From IMG/VR virus record IMGVR_UViG_3300050581_000221: DNA of 64,000 nucleotides; one strand, given 5' to 3'. The notes beneath the pieces were generated by a model, which made no database searches, was not told the DNA's origin, and was given only the letters and a program-made list of their open reading frames with translations. Within the stretch, counting starts at the first letter, position 1. Each line of letters begins with the position of its first letter. Made by a program: the position numbers and the translations under genes. Shown here in pieces: positions 1 to 9,254 of this stretch. Origin of the DNA: a virus.

Positions 1-612
1 ATGTTCCCCTTCAAGCGGAAAATCGTGCTGCCCGGCGAAAGGGAGATCAAGGCCGGAGACATCATCGCTTTCAGCGGTCGTAGCTGGCTGAGCGCCGCCA
101 TCAACATCGCCACATACGGGATTCCGCTGTGGGGAATCAGCCATGTCGGGATCATAGCGCACGCTGCGGATGGCCGCCTGCTGATCTTCGAGAGCACGTC
201 ACTGGATGGCGACATCCCGTGTGAAATCACCGGCAAGCCGATCTGCGGCACGCAGGCGCACGTCCTGGACTTCATCCTCGGACGCTATCGCGGCAAGGCA
301 TGGCACTACCCGCTTTATCGACCGCTGTATGCGAACGAGGACGAGCGGCTGACGGAATTCCTGATAGACACCATCGGTGTGCCCTACGACATGATGGGCG
401 CATTTCGTTCGGCCGGCGTCGGCCTGTCCTGGATCGAGTCCCTGTTTCGTGAGCAGAACCTTACTTCGATCTTTTGCAGCGAGTGGACGGCGGCTGCTTA
501 TGCGGTCGTGGGATTGTTTGCGACGGATAACGTCTCACGTTGGAACCCGAATCGTCTGTGCCGGACGCTCCGGCGGCATCAAATCCTATGCAAGCCTCGG
601 AGGCTCAAATGA
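1..612 (+). CDS. Permuted papain-fold cysteine peptidase/amidase, C92 (YiiX/poxvirus G6R-like) family; may be 5'-partial because the ORF starts at window base 1
   Basis: His-before-Cys order typical of the permuted papain fold (GISHVGII ... IFCSEWTAAAY); the stop overlaps the next start (ATGA at 609-612); GGAGG lies 7 nt upstream of the next gene. Confidence 0.45.
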   Translation: MFPFKRKIVLPGEREIKAGDIIAFSGRSWLSAAINIATYGIPLWGISHVGIIAHAADGRLLIFESTSLDGDIPCEITGKPICGTQAHVLDFILGRYRGKAWHYPLYRPLYANEDERLTEFLIDTIGVPYDMMGAFRSAGVGLSWIESLFREQNLTSIFCSEWTAAAYAVVGLFATDNVSRWNPNRLCRTLRRHQILCKPRRLK

Positions 613-1166
613 CGCGAATCTTCATCACATTGGCTCTGCTCGCGTCTGTAGCCGGGTGCGACACCGAGTGGAACTGGGGAGCCACGGCACCCAAGAAGGA
701 ACGGCCGACCATCAACGTGCCGGCCTCCATGCGGCAGAGCAATTGGCGCGGCCCCCAGGGTCAAGGCTCGTGCGTCCACGCCTCCATGATCTCGCTCTTT
801 CGCTGGCAGTATCGGCTCAAGACGGCAGACCACTGGCGGCGGGCCTACGGTGACGGTGAGTACCCGGAAGACTTGGCCGCGAAGTTTGATCGCGAGGGCA
901 TCCGTTACGCCTACGTCACGAATGGGGACGTGCGTTTCCTGGAGTGGGCGTGCCGCACGAGGCGAGGGGCGGGTGTGACGGTTCTTGGCGGCGCTCACAT
1001 GGTCTGTCTGGTGCATCTTGACGATAAGTGGGCCGCGATCCTCGATAACAACAGCGTCGAGCGGTTCGTCTGGGTTCCACGCGAGACGTTCATCGCAGAG
1101 TGGAAAGCATCGTATGGTTGGGCCGTCACTCCAATCTACACGCCGCCCGCCCCGCTACCCCAGTAG
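609..1166 (+). CDS. Secreted lipoprotein, putative papain-like (C39-like) cysteine peptidase
   Basis: Signal peptide with lipobox LLASVAGC; catalytic-type Cys in QGQGSCVHASMISLF and a downstream His (GGAHMVCLVHLDD); start read as ATG 609 rather than the track start at 540. Confidence 0.4.
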   Translation: MTRIFITLALLASVAGCDTEWNWGATAPKKERPTINVPASMRQSNWRGPQGQGSCVHASMISLFRWQYRLKTADHWRRAYGDGEYPEDLAAKFDREGIRYAYVTNGDVRFLEWACRTRRGAGVTVLGGAHMVCLVHLDDKWAAILDNNSVERFVWVPRETFIAEWKASYGWAVTPIYTPPAPLPQ

Positions 1167-1170
1167 AGGC

Positions 1171-1626
1171 GTGAAGCGGTGCCCGGCGTGTGGACAGGAG
1201 AAGCCCCTCAGTGAGTTTCATTACCGCAACAAGGCAAAGGGGTATCTCAAGACAAGGTGCAAGGTTTGCGAGCGTGACGCTGTGCGTCGGCGGACATTGC
1301 AGATGTCTTCGGATGAACGACGCCTTGATAACCGGAGTGGTCACTACAAGTCGCAGTATGGCATGACGATTGAGCAGTACCAAGAAATGCTCAATGCTCA
1401 AGGCGGCTGTTGTGCGATTTGTGGCACGGGTGAGCCTGGACGAAGAGGGAACCTGCATTTCTGTGTTGACCACGACCATATCACCGGCAAGGCGCGTGGA
1501 CTGCTTTGCAACAACTGTAATCTAGGTCTGGGTCGCTTTCGAGACAGCCCGAAGTTCCTTGAGCAGGCGGCGGGCTACTTGCGACACCACATTGGAACCA
1601 ATCATCAACCAAAGGAAGAACCATGA
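1171..1626 (+). CDS. Endonuclease VII-like (T4 gp49-type) junction-resolving/HNH-type nuclease
   Basis: Motifs CPACG, CKVCE and DHDHITGKARGLLCNNCNLGLG match the Endonuclease VII fold; GTG start chosen at 1171 (151 aa, close to T4 endo VII size); the track start at 985 would overlap the upstream gene by 180 nt. Confidence 0.65.
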   Translation: MKRCPACGQEKPLSEFHYRNKAKGYLKTRCKVCERDAVRRRTLQMSSDERRLDNRSGHYKSQYGMTIEQYQEMLNAQGGCCAICGTGEPGRRGNLHFCVDHDHITGKARGLLCNNCNLGLGRFRDSPKFLEQAAGYLRHHIGTNHQPKEEP

Positions 1627-2315
1627 ACAAGCTGCTCCTGAGTGTGCTGTGCTTGCTCGCCGTCTTCGCGGTGGTTGTGCCCTGCCTCGGCGATACCGTC
1701 AACGGTGTCCTGGCCGAAGATCGCGTGGTCAACCTTCCGCAAGACGCCGGCAAGTGGCATGTCAGCGTGGTCGGCAATGCGACCGATCCCCGCTACAACG
1801 AGATCGTGGGTTGGTTCGACACCAACGCCAGTCTGAAGAAGCTGAAGAACCAGGTTCATTTCTGCCCGGTCACCACGGGTACGGCGATCTACCAGGCCCG
1901 CTACTCCAGCAACGTGAAGGCCCTGCCGACCGTGCGGTTGCAGAAGCCGGACGGCACCGTGGTCTATGAGGCCGCTGGGAAGAACATTCCCATGACGGCG
2001 GCTGGGCTGAACGGCGCGCTGGCCGGCGCGGTCAGTACGGCCTCGGGGCTACGCCCGGTCCTGCCTTGGCGGAGGGAAATGGAACGCCGGTGCCCTGGCC
2101 CGTGCCCGAACCCTCAGCCGAATCCGCAGCCTCAGCCTGATCCCGAGCCGCAGCCGATCGACGATGGCGGGACGCCCAACGTCGATCCCGAGCCGGTCGA
2201 GAGCACTGTTCCGTGGGGCGTGCTCCCCTTGCTGTGTGTCACCGGCCTCGCGGTCGGCCTCGCGTGCGGCTACGGCAGACAGTTGTATCAAAAGCTGCAC
2301 CCGGCCGTGAAGTAG
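1623..2315 (+). CDS. Secreted Pro/Cys-rich protein with N-terminal signal peptide and C-terminal transmembrane anchor (u-spanin-like topology)
   Basis: ATGA overlap with the upstream gene; hydrophobic N-terminus MNKLLLSVLCLLAVFAVVVPC; CPGPCPNPQPNPQPQPDPEPQP linker; C-terminal TM helix VLPLLCVTGLAVGLACGYG. Confidence 0.5.
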   Translation: MNKLLLSVLCLLAVFAVVVPCLGDTVNGVLAEDRVVNLPQDAGKWHVSVVGNATDPRYNEIVGWFDTNASLKKLKNQVHFCPVTTGTAIYQARYSSNVKALPTVRLQKPDGTVVYEAAGKNIPMTAAGLNGALAGAVSTASGLRPVLPWRREMERRCPGPCPNPQPNPQPQPDPEPQPIDDGGTPNVDPEPVESTVPWGVLPLLCVTGLAVGLACGYGRQLYQKLHPAVK

Positions 2316-2316
2316 C

Positions 2317-2347
2317 GTCCCGTTTGTCCCGTTTCTGCCTCGTTTGA
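2317..2347. promoter_or_regulatory. Three direct CCGTTT(G/C) repeats at roughly 10-bp phasing in the intergenic region
   Basis: gtCCCGTTTGtCCCGTTTCtgcCTCGTTTGacc seen directly; lies between a stop codon and the RBS of the next gene. Confidence 0.2.
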
Positions 2348-2393
2348 CCATTCGGCTGAACGACAGCCATTCCCAGTACACCGGAGAAGAACA

Positions 2394-2819
2394 ATGAACC
2401 CCATCGTCGTGATCTGGATTCTCGCAGTCGTCGTCGCCGTGCTCGTGGGCCGCGAAGTCGGCAGGTGGCTCTTCGGCGAGAACGCCAAGCTGATGCAGAA
2501 GAAGCGAGCCGCCCAAGTGCTGGCCGGCAAACTGCGGGCCGCTGGCCTCAAGTGGATTCCTGCCCTGTTGGAAGACTTCGCCGTGGGCGATGTCCAGGAC
2601 ATGGTGGAGAAGATCCACGATCTCGCCAAGCTGGTGGAGGCCGGCAGTGACGCCATCGAGAAGGAATTGGAGACGACCTACGAGAACGTCCTGGCCAGGA
2701 AGCTGGCCAGCCCCGAGGGCCTTGCCTACATCAAGGCGAAAATTGCCACGATCGAGGGCCCGGCCTCTGCGCCGGCAGCCGAGACTCCTGCCCCGGCGGC
2801 CCTGCCCGCGAAGTCGTAA
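2394..2819 (+). CDS. Type II membrane protein with N-terminal TM helix and coiled-coil ectodomain (holin/i-spanin-like)
   Basis: RBS GGAGAAG; N-terminal TM IVVIWILAVVVAVLVG; charged helical remainder; Ala/Pro-rich tail. Confidence 0.45.
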   Translation: MNPIVVIWILAVVVAVLVGREVGRWLFGENAKLMQKKRAAQVLAGKLRAAGLKWIPALLEDFAVGDVQDMVEKIHDLAKLVEAGSDAIEKELETTYENVLARKLASPEGLAYIKAKIATIEGPASAPAAETPAPAALPAKS

Positions 2820-2926
2820 GACCTTCTCGATGCTCTTTCACGTCAGCCCTGTGGCCACACGCGGGGCTGATTCTCCGGTGGCTCCCGGGCGCTCCGCGAG
2901 CCACCCGAGAATCGGAGAACCTGACG

Positions 2927-3265
2927 ATGATTCAACACCTGCTGTTTGGGATTGCCGCGTTGACGTTGCTGGCCGGTTGCGAGAATCAGCCGCCCAAAGA
3001 GCAACACGGCTGCGTGCGGCCGAAGGTGATTGCCTTCACGGCCGCCTGGTGCGGCCCGTGTAAGCAGGCGAAGCCTGTCCTGGTTCAGGTGAAGGCAGCC
3101 GGCGTCGATGTGCAGGTCGTGGACATTGACGAACACCCTGATATGGCTCGGCGATATGGCGTCACGAGTGTGCCGACGTTCTTCGTCTATGTCTGTGGGA
3201 GGAAAGCAGTGCGGACCCAGGACGTAGCCGTAGTCGTGGCCCTCACGCGATTCGGGTGCAAGTGA
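2927..3265 (+). CDS. Thioredoxin-family lipoprotein (periplasmic thiol-disulfide oxidoreductase)
   Basis: Lipobox LLAGC followed by the thioredoxin active site WCGPC; RBS GGAGAA. Confidence 0.7.
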   Translation: MIQHLLFGIAALTLLAGCENQPPKEQHGCVRPKVIAFTAAWCGPCKQAKPVLVQVKAAGVDVQVVDIDEHPDMARRYGVTSVPTFFVYVCGRKAVRTQDVAVVVALTRFGCK

Positions 3266-3468
3266 TGGTCCGCCGTTGCCGTAACTGTCCCGAAGGGCCG
3301 AGGCCGGCGGGGGAGCCGAGAACGACGAGGATCGTTGGCCCCCGTCGTCGCCGAGAACGAAACACGAGGTTGCACCGGGCCGAACGCCGAAGCAACCAGC
3401 GAGCCGCACTTGCCGCTGTCCCACGCGAACCCGCGATGCAACCTCAATTAGACCAATGATCTCCCTCC

Positions 3469-5142
3469 ATGAAGTTCTCGGACGAGTTGCTGTTGGCCTT
3501 GGGGGAGGGATTGCGCAGCAACAACCTTCGATCGTGCAGCCGGTGGGCGGAGCATCGGCGGGTGATGGGGTCACCGTTCAGCGGTCCTTACAGCTTCGCA
3601 CGGCATCCGTGGTGCCGGGAGATTCACGACAGCAAGGCGGCGTGGACGGTCGCCATGAAGGCGGCCCAACTGGGCGTGACGGAGACGGGGATCAACCGGG
3701 CCTTCTTCACGCTCGACCAGTCCAAGCGGGACGTGCTGTACGTCCTGCCGACCGCACTAAACGCGAGCGACTTTTCCAAGGCCCGTTTTGCGACCGCATT
3801 GAAGCTGAGCCCGTACCTGAAAGACCTGTTTGTCGATACGAACACGGTAGGGCTGAAATCGACCGGCACGAACGTCCTGTACATCCGCGGGAGTCGAGGA
3901 GACAGCAACCTGAAGTCCATCCCAGTGTCCGAGCTGATCTTGGACGAGTTGGACGAGATGGACACCCATGCGGTGTGGCTGGCCTTGGAGCGGCTCTCGG
4001 GCCAGATCGAGAAGCACATCCTGGCGATCTCGACGCCGACCGTGCCCAAGTACGGCATCCACAAGCTCTACCTTACGAGCACCCAGGAGCACTTTTACTT
4101 TCGGTGTCCGCATTGCAGCCGGTGGACGGAGTTGCTTTGGCCCGATTGCGTGGAGATCATCGGCGAGTCGGTCAACGATCCCCGCTGCCAAGAATCGTTC
4201 CTCAAGTGCAAGGAGTGCAAGCACAAGCTGGAACACGAAGCGAAGCCCGGGTTTCTTGCCGGCGGTAAGTGGCAGGCGACGGAGCCGAACGTCTCGGTGG
4301 AGGAGTCGCGGGGCTTTTACATCAATCAGCTTTACTCGTCCACGGTGACGCCGGGCGAATTGGTGATCGCCTACCATCGTGGACTCGGCGATGAGGCGGC
4401 CAACACGGAGTTCCATTGCAGTAAGTTGGGCGTGCCGTTCATCGCCGAAGGGGCCCAGGTCACGGACGAAATGATCGAGCACTGCGTCAAGCCGCACTCG
4501 ATCAATGACAAACGCCCCCAGATCGGCGGCGACCGTCTGATAACGATGGGCGTAGACCAAGGCAAGGTCGGCTATGTCTCGGTCGTGGAGTGGCTGTTCG
4601 ATAGGCCACCCGGGAGCGACATCAATGCGGCAGCCATCGGCAAGCTGTTGTGGTTCGGAAAGTTCCCTGGGGAGGAATGGAGTTACCTGGACGAGTTGAT
4701 GCGGGAGTGGCAGGTCTTGGCCTGCGTGGTGGACGCCGACCCATTCACGAACGACGCCCGCCGTTTTGCCAAGAAGTTCCACGGCTACGTGTGGCTGACG
4801 CGATACCGCCGGGGGCAGACGGCCAAGGAAATCGCCCTGAGTGAGGAGGAGACGGGTGCCCCGTTCGCCACAGTGGACCGAACGAATTGGCTCAGTTGCA
4901 CGCTGGGAAGATTCAAGACTAATCCGCCGCGCATCCTGCTGCCGCGCGACGTTTCGTTTGAGTTCCGGGAGCACATAAAGAACCTGGTCCGCACCTACAA
5001 GAAGGACGACACGGGCAACATGGCCGCCGAGTATGTGAACACGGGGGCCGACCACTTTGCTCACTCCCTCTGCTACGCGGACATCGGCCTGGCCCTAGCG
5101 CCGGTTGGCGGCATTGGCGAGAACACGGGAAAAGTCACCTAA
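3469..5142 (+). CDS. terL: Terminase large subunit, GpA-like (ATPase plus nuclease)
   Basis: Walker A-like KAAQLGVTETG (compare lambda gpA KSARVGYS); Walker B ILDELDEMD; zinc ribbon CPHCSRW...CKECKH typical of the Terminase_GpA family; 557 aa; followed by a portal-sized gene. Confidence 0.8.
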   Translation: MKFSDELLLALGEGLRSNNLRSCSRWAEHRRVMGSPFSGPYSFARHPWCREIHDSKAAWTVAMKAAQLGVTETGINRAFFTLDQSKRDVLYVLPTALNASDFSKARFATALKLSPYLKDLFVDTNTVGLKSTGTNVLYIRGSRGDSNLKSIPVSELILDELDEMDTHAVWLALERLSGQIEKHILAISTPTVPKYGIHKLYLTSTQEHFYFRCPHCSRWTELLWPDCVEIIGESVNDPRCQESFLKCKECKHKLEHEAKPGFLAGGKWQATEPNVSVEESRGFYINQLYSSTVTPGELVIAYHRGLGDEAANTEFHCSKLGVPFIAEGAQVTDEMIEHCVKPHSINDKRPQIGGDRLITMGVDQGKVGYVSVVEWLFDRPPGSDINAAAIGKLLWFGKFPGEEWSYLDELMREWQVLACVVDADPFTNDARRFAKKFHGYVWLTRYRRGQTAKEIALSEEETGAPFATVDRTNWLSCTLGRFKTNPPRILLPRDVSFEFREHIKNLVRTYKKDDTGNMAAEYVNTGADHFAHSLCYADIGLALAPVGGIGENTGKVT

Positions 5143-5155
5143 CGCGAGGTCCGTC

Positions 5156-6952
5156 ATGGCGGAAAGCCAAACCCTGAGCCTGGTTGATAGCCGGCACCCC
5201 GGCTACCTCTCCGGCATGACGGACTGGGAGAAGTGGCGGCGGACCTACGAGGGCGGCGACAGCTTTCGTGACTCCTACCTGGAGCGGTTCTCGAACCGTG
5301 AGGATCAGGCGGACTTCGCCACCCGCAAGGCCATCACGCCCGTGCCGGCATTCGCCAAGGCGGCCATCAACGACATTCGCAACGCGATTTACCAGCGACT
5401 CCGGGACGTGGTGCGCAAGGGCGGCAGCGAGGTCTATCAGGCGGCCGTCAATGGCAACAGCCTCGGCGTGGACCACCGCGGCTCGACCATGAACGCCTTT
5501 CTGGGCGTGAAGGTCTTGACCGAGCTATTGGTCATGGGGCGGGTGGGCGTGTACGTCGATCATCCGTTCGTGCCGGTGGACGCCACCTTGGCCGCCGTGC
5601 GCCGGCCGGCTCCGTACCTCTACAAGTACGACATCGAGGACATCCTTTCCTGGACCTGCTCGAAGCCTGAATCGCCGTCCGAGTTTCAGGCATTGCTGCT
5701 TCGTGACACGACGATGCAGTACGACCAGTCCAGCCTATTGCCAACGCTGACGGTGCAGCGGTATCGCTATCTGCGGATCGACCCGAACACTGGCAAAGTG
5801 CGCTTGCAGTTCTACAACCTCAACAAGGAGCCGGTCGATCAGTTCGGCGAACCCGGCGGCGAAATCCAGTTGGAGCTGGACCGCATCCCCTTTGTCTTGC
5901 TTGACATTGGCGGGAGTCTGATCGCCGACGTCTGCCAGCAACAAATCGCTTTGCTCAACCTCGGCTCCAGTGACGTGAATTACGCCTTGCGGAGCAACTT
6001 CCCCTTCTACATCGAGCAGCGGGACTTGAAGGCCAAGGGCGCGCACCTGAAGATCTCCGCCACCGCGGACGGCACGGCCACCAGTGGCGGCCAGAGCGCG
6101 GCGGACGAGGACGTTCAGATCGGTGTGACCCACGGCCGGTACTACGACAAGCAGATGAATCCGCCTGGCTTCATCGCCCCGCCGTCCGAACCGCTGCGGG
6201 TGAGCCTGGAGTTGCAGGACCGGCTGAAGCGGGACATCCGGGAATTGGTCAATCTGGCCGTGTCGAGCTTGGCAGTGCGGGTCTCGGCCGAGTCCAAGGC
6301 GATGGACAACCAAGGGCTGGAAGCGGGGTTGTCGTATATCGGGCTGCTCCTGGAAAGCGCCGAGCGGCAGATTGGCGAGTTCTGGGCCGCCTATGAAGAG
6401 CGGAACCCGGGCAAGCGGGAAGTGGCGACGATCAAGTACCCGGAGCGGTATTCGCTGAAATCGGATGCCGATCGGATCAAGGAAGCGCAAGAGTTGCAGA
6501 AGCTCATGGGCGCGGTCCCCGGCCGCCGGGTGAAGCGGGAATTGGCAAAGGGCATCGTTCAAGCGCTCCTGGGCGGCAAGATCAGCCTGGACGATCTGGG
6601 CGCGATCAACCGTGAGATCGACAGTGCCAATTACACCAACAGCGATCCGCAGACTATCATCCTCGCTGCACAGGCCGGATTGGTCGGCGAGAAGACGGGC
6701 TCCATAGCGCTGGGCTTCGACGATGACGAGTACCTGGCGGCCCGCGAGGACCATCTGGCGCGAATCAAGCGGATTGCTGAGGCCCAGGGGATGGACGAAG
6801 ACGTCGGCGGCGACCCGGCAGCGCGAGGCGTGCCGGACCTCTCGGCCGATCCCAACGCCGGGGCAGCAGAGAAGGCAACCAGCCGCAATACCGATTTGCG
6901 AGACACCACGGCCAGGCGCGTGCGCGGGAAGGGCCGCTTTGCAGGGGAGTAG
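5156..6952 (+). CDS. Putative portal protein
   Basis: 599-aa protein immediately downstream of terL; RBS GAGG; size and position only, no motif-level confirmation. Confidence 0.5.
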   Translation: MAESQTLSLVDSRHPGYLSGMTDWEKWRRTYEGGDSFRDSYLERFSNREDQADFATRKAITPVPAFAKAAINDIRNAIYQRLRDVVRKGGSEVYQAAVNGNSLGVDHRGSTMNAFLGVKVLTELLVMGRVGVYVDHPFVPVDATLAAVRRPAPYLYKYDIEDILSWTCSKPESPSEFQALLLRDTTMQYDQSSLLPTLTVQRYRYLRIDPNTGKVRLQFYNLNKEPVDQFGEPGGEIQLELDRIPFVLLDIGGSLIADVCQQQIALLNLGSSDVNYALRSNFPFYIEQRDLKAKGAHLKISATADGTATSGGQSAADEDVQIGVTHGRYYDKQMNPPGFIAPPSEPLRVSLELQDRLKRDIRELVNLAVSSLAVRVSAESKAMDNQGLEAGLSYIGLLLESAERQIGEFWAAYEERNPGKREVATIKYPERYSLKSDADRIKEAQELQKLMGAVPGRRVKRELAKGIVQALLGGKISLDDLGAINREIDSANYTNSDPQTIILAAQAGLVGEKTGSIALGFDDDEYLAAREDHLARIKRIAEAQGMDEDVGGDPAARGVPDLSADPNAGAAEKATSRNTDLRDTTARRVRGKGRFAGE

Positions 6953-6955
6953 CTG

Positions 6956-7555
6956 ATGCTCGTTGACATTGATCGAGAATCGCAGGTGGAGTTTCGCACC
7001 GGCAGCGGCACCGTGGGCACAACGGTCGTGCGCGTCGGCGCGGCCAGCGCTCGGCAGACCGTGACGCTCACCGACGTGACCGCCGGCACCTTCAAGCTGG
7101 CCCCGGGGGAATCGGAGACGGACGCAATAGCCTTCGACGCTGCTGCTGCGGTCGTCCAGACCGCCTTGGAGGCCGTCGTCGGCGAAGGCAACGTTGCAGT
7201 CTCGGGCGATGCCGGCGGGCCGTGGACTGTGGATTTCACCGGCGCGCTGCGCTGGCAGCTTATCGCGGCCATGACGGCAATCGACGTGGACCTGGAAGGT
7301 GAAGGCCACAGCATCGCAGTGACGGTCAACGAGCATGGACACGCGGTCGGCTGGCCGGTGAAGAAATACGTCATGCTCCGGGCCAATGGGGCGAACGCAA
7401 GTGTCATTATGATCGGCAACCGGGCTGACAATGCCAGCGACGGCTTCATTCTTTCCGCTGGCCAGCAGTCGCCGCCGATCTACGTGAACGACGTAAACCG
7501 AATCTACATCGTGGGTGGGGCGGTGGATCAGGGCTACTCGTGGATCGCCTGTTAA
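6956..7555 (+). CDS. Hypothetical head-morphogenesis protein
   Basis: RBS GGGGAG; coding-like GC3 bias; sits between portal and scaffold. Confidence 0.4.
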   Translation: MLVDIDRESQVEFRTGSGTVGTTVVRVGAASARQTVTLTDVTAGTFKLAPGESETDAIAFDAAAAVVQTALEAVVGEGNVAVSGDAGGPWTVDFTGALRWQLIAAMTAIDVDLEGEGHSIAVTVNEHGHAVGWPVKKYVMLRANGANASVIMIGNRADNASDGFILSAGQQSPPIYVNDVNRIYIVGGAVDQGYSWIAC

Positions 7556-7565
7556 GGAGTAGCCG

Positions 7566-8114
7566 ATGCCGCTCAATTTTGACTACTACGGCAAGCAGAC
7601 TGGCGACACGCCGGCCGAGCGAGTCGCTGAGGCCAGCGAGTATTTCTCCCAGCGGCTCCACGAGACGGCCTGGACGGGCGCCAGCGATGCCGACCGCGAG
7701 AAGGCGTTGATCGCCGCACGTGGAATCATCGACGGGCTGAACTACAAAGGCCACAAGGCGAGCGTTTATACGCTCTTGCAGACGAACCCATCGGCATCGC
7801 AAGAGCAGATCAGGGCGGCCGAGGCCAGCCAGCCCCTGGAGTTTCCGCGCGGGGCCGACACGGAAGTCCCCGAGGCGATCCGCATCGCGGAGTACGAGAT
7901 TGCCTATGCCTTGCTGGACGGCAAAGACCCTGAGTTGGAGCTTGAGAACTTGGCCGTAAGCGCGATGGGGTACGGAGCGGTCAAAACCAACTATGAGCGG
8001 TCGCAACTGCCCATCGAGCACGTCGTCAACCTGGTGCCGAGTTCCGCCGCGTGGCGACTCTTGAAGCCTTTCTTGCGCGACTCGGATGCTTTGAAACTGT
8101 CACGACTGAGCTAG
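7566..8114 (+). CDS. Hypothetical head protein
   Basis: RBS AAGGAG 6 nt upstream; position in the head module. Confidence 0.4.
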   Translation: MPLNFDYYGKQTGDTPAERVAEASEYFSQRLHETAWTGASDADREKALIAARGIIDGLNYKGHKASVYTLLQTNPSASQEQIRAAEASQPLEFPRGADTEVPEAIRIAEYEIAYALLDGKDPELELENLAVSAMGYGAVKTNYERSQLPIEHVVNLVPSSAAWRLLKPFLRDSDALKLSRLS

Positions 8115-8218
8115 GCGTGTGCCCTGGCTCCCTTTTACCGGCCCATTGCCGGGCCAGACCCGCTGATAACCGAATAGGCGGATGCTCTGTGATTTCCTTT
8201 CGGGTGTGAGGAACAGTT

Positions 8219-9151
8219 ATGTCCATCTCTCTGTATCTGTCCCGTCCGTGGTCCGCGTGCTTCGAGGGTGAGGGCGCTGGCGATGCCGGAGGCGCAGGCG
8301 CGGGTGCGTCAACTGGTGCAGGGGCCGGCGCGGATGCTGGCAACGGGGCTGGCGCGGGGGCCTGCGCGGTAACCGGCGTGGCGGCCAGCGGAGGAACCGG
8401 TGGCGCGGGCGCTGGCAAGACCTTCACGCAGGATGACGTGAACCGCATCGTGGCGGCCGACCGCCGCAAGCTGGAAGATGCCCTCAAGAAGACCGAGAAG
8501 CAGTACCAGGACTTGCTGGCCAGCCAGAGCCTCACCGAGCAGGAACGGAAGGCCCTGCAGGCGAACCTAGAAATGGTGCAAGGCCAACTGCGCAGCAAGG
8601 AAGAGCAGCTTCTCATCGAGAAGAAGCAGATCGAGGAGACCTACGCCGGCAAGTTGCAGGAGATGGAAAAGAAGGCGAGCCACTTCGAAACGCTGTACCG
8701 TGATTCCACCATCGACCGGGCGCTCCAGGACGCGGCCGTGAAACACGAGTCGTGGAGCCCTTCACAGGTCGTCGCCCTGCTGCGCGGGCAGACGAAGATG
8801 ATCGAAGAGACGGACCCCAGGACCGGCAAGTTGACCGGCAAGTACAAGCCGGTGGTCGAGATGCAGACCCTCAACACGACGACCGGCGAGATGGAGACCA
8901 AGACGTACACGCCCGAAGACGCCGTGAAGAAGATGAAGGACACGCCCGACGTGTGGGGCAATCTCTTCAAGTCCGGCGTGGTCTCGGGCATCGGCGCGGG
9001 AACGGCTACCGGCGGCCTTACGCTGGGTCAGAGCGGCAAGCTGAGCGCGGAGGCGATCACCAAGCTGACGCAGGAACAGTTCCGCGAGATTCGGGCCAAC
9101 CACCCTGAATGGCTCGGACTCGATCCTCTGCCTGGCAAGAGGAGCCGCTGA
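8219..9151 (+). CDS. Putative scaffolding protein
   Basis: Gly/Ala-rich low-complexity N-terminus followed by a long Q/E/K-rich predicted coiled coil; directly precedes the major capsid gene. Confidence 0.5.
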   Translation: MSISLYLSRPWSACFEGEGAGDAGGAGAGASTGAGAGADAGNGAGAGACAVTGVAASGGTGGAGAGKTFTQDDVNRIVAADRRKLEDALKKTEKQYQDLLASQSLTEQERKALQANLEMVQGQLRSKEEQLLIEKKQIEETYAGKLQEMEKKASHFETLYRDSTIDRALQDAAVKHESWSPSQVVALLRGQTKMIEETDPRTGKLTGKYKPVVEMQTLNTTTGEMETKTYTPEDAVKKMKDTPDVWGNLFKSGVVSGIGAGTATGGLTLGQSGKLSAEAITKLTQEQFREIRANHPEWLGLDPLPGKRSR

Positions 9152-9254
9152 GCATTCGGGGGTCGGCAAACCCAAGGTCTGCTCGCAGTTGGCGCACGTC
9201 ACGGTGACGAGGCGCGGCGAGCAGAAGTCACACGAGAAACTTCGGAGAGCAGCG

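Noticed and set aside
3256-3459. 67-aa Arg-rich ORF as a small terminase subunit
   Set aside because: Too short, no oligomerisation or HTH features, and it looks like a GC-rich artefact. Kept only as a remark in a finding.
5735-7576. 613-aa minus-strand ORF antisense to the portal and head genes (similarly 10751..11878, 14342..15523, 15665..16975, 20705..22303, 36762..38009, 40087..41910, 44893..46239, 48818..50677, 57571..58293)
   Set aside because: Long antisense ORFs are expected at ~65% GC because stop codons are rare. They overlap well-supported sense genes and their products are low-complexity Arg/Ala/Gly-rich.
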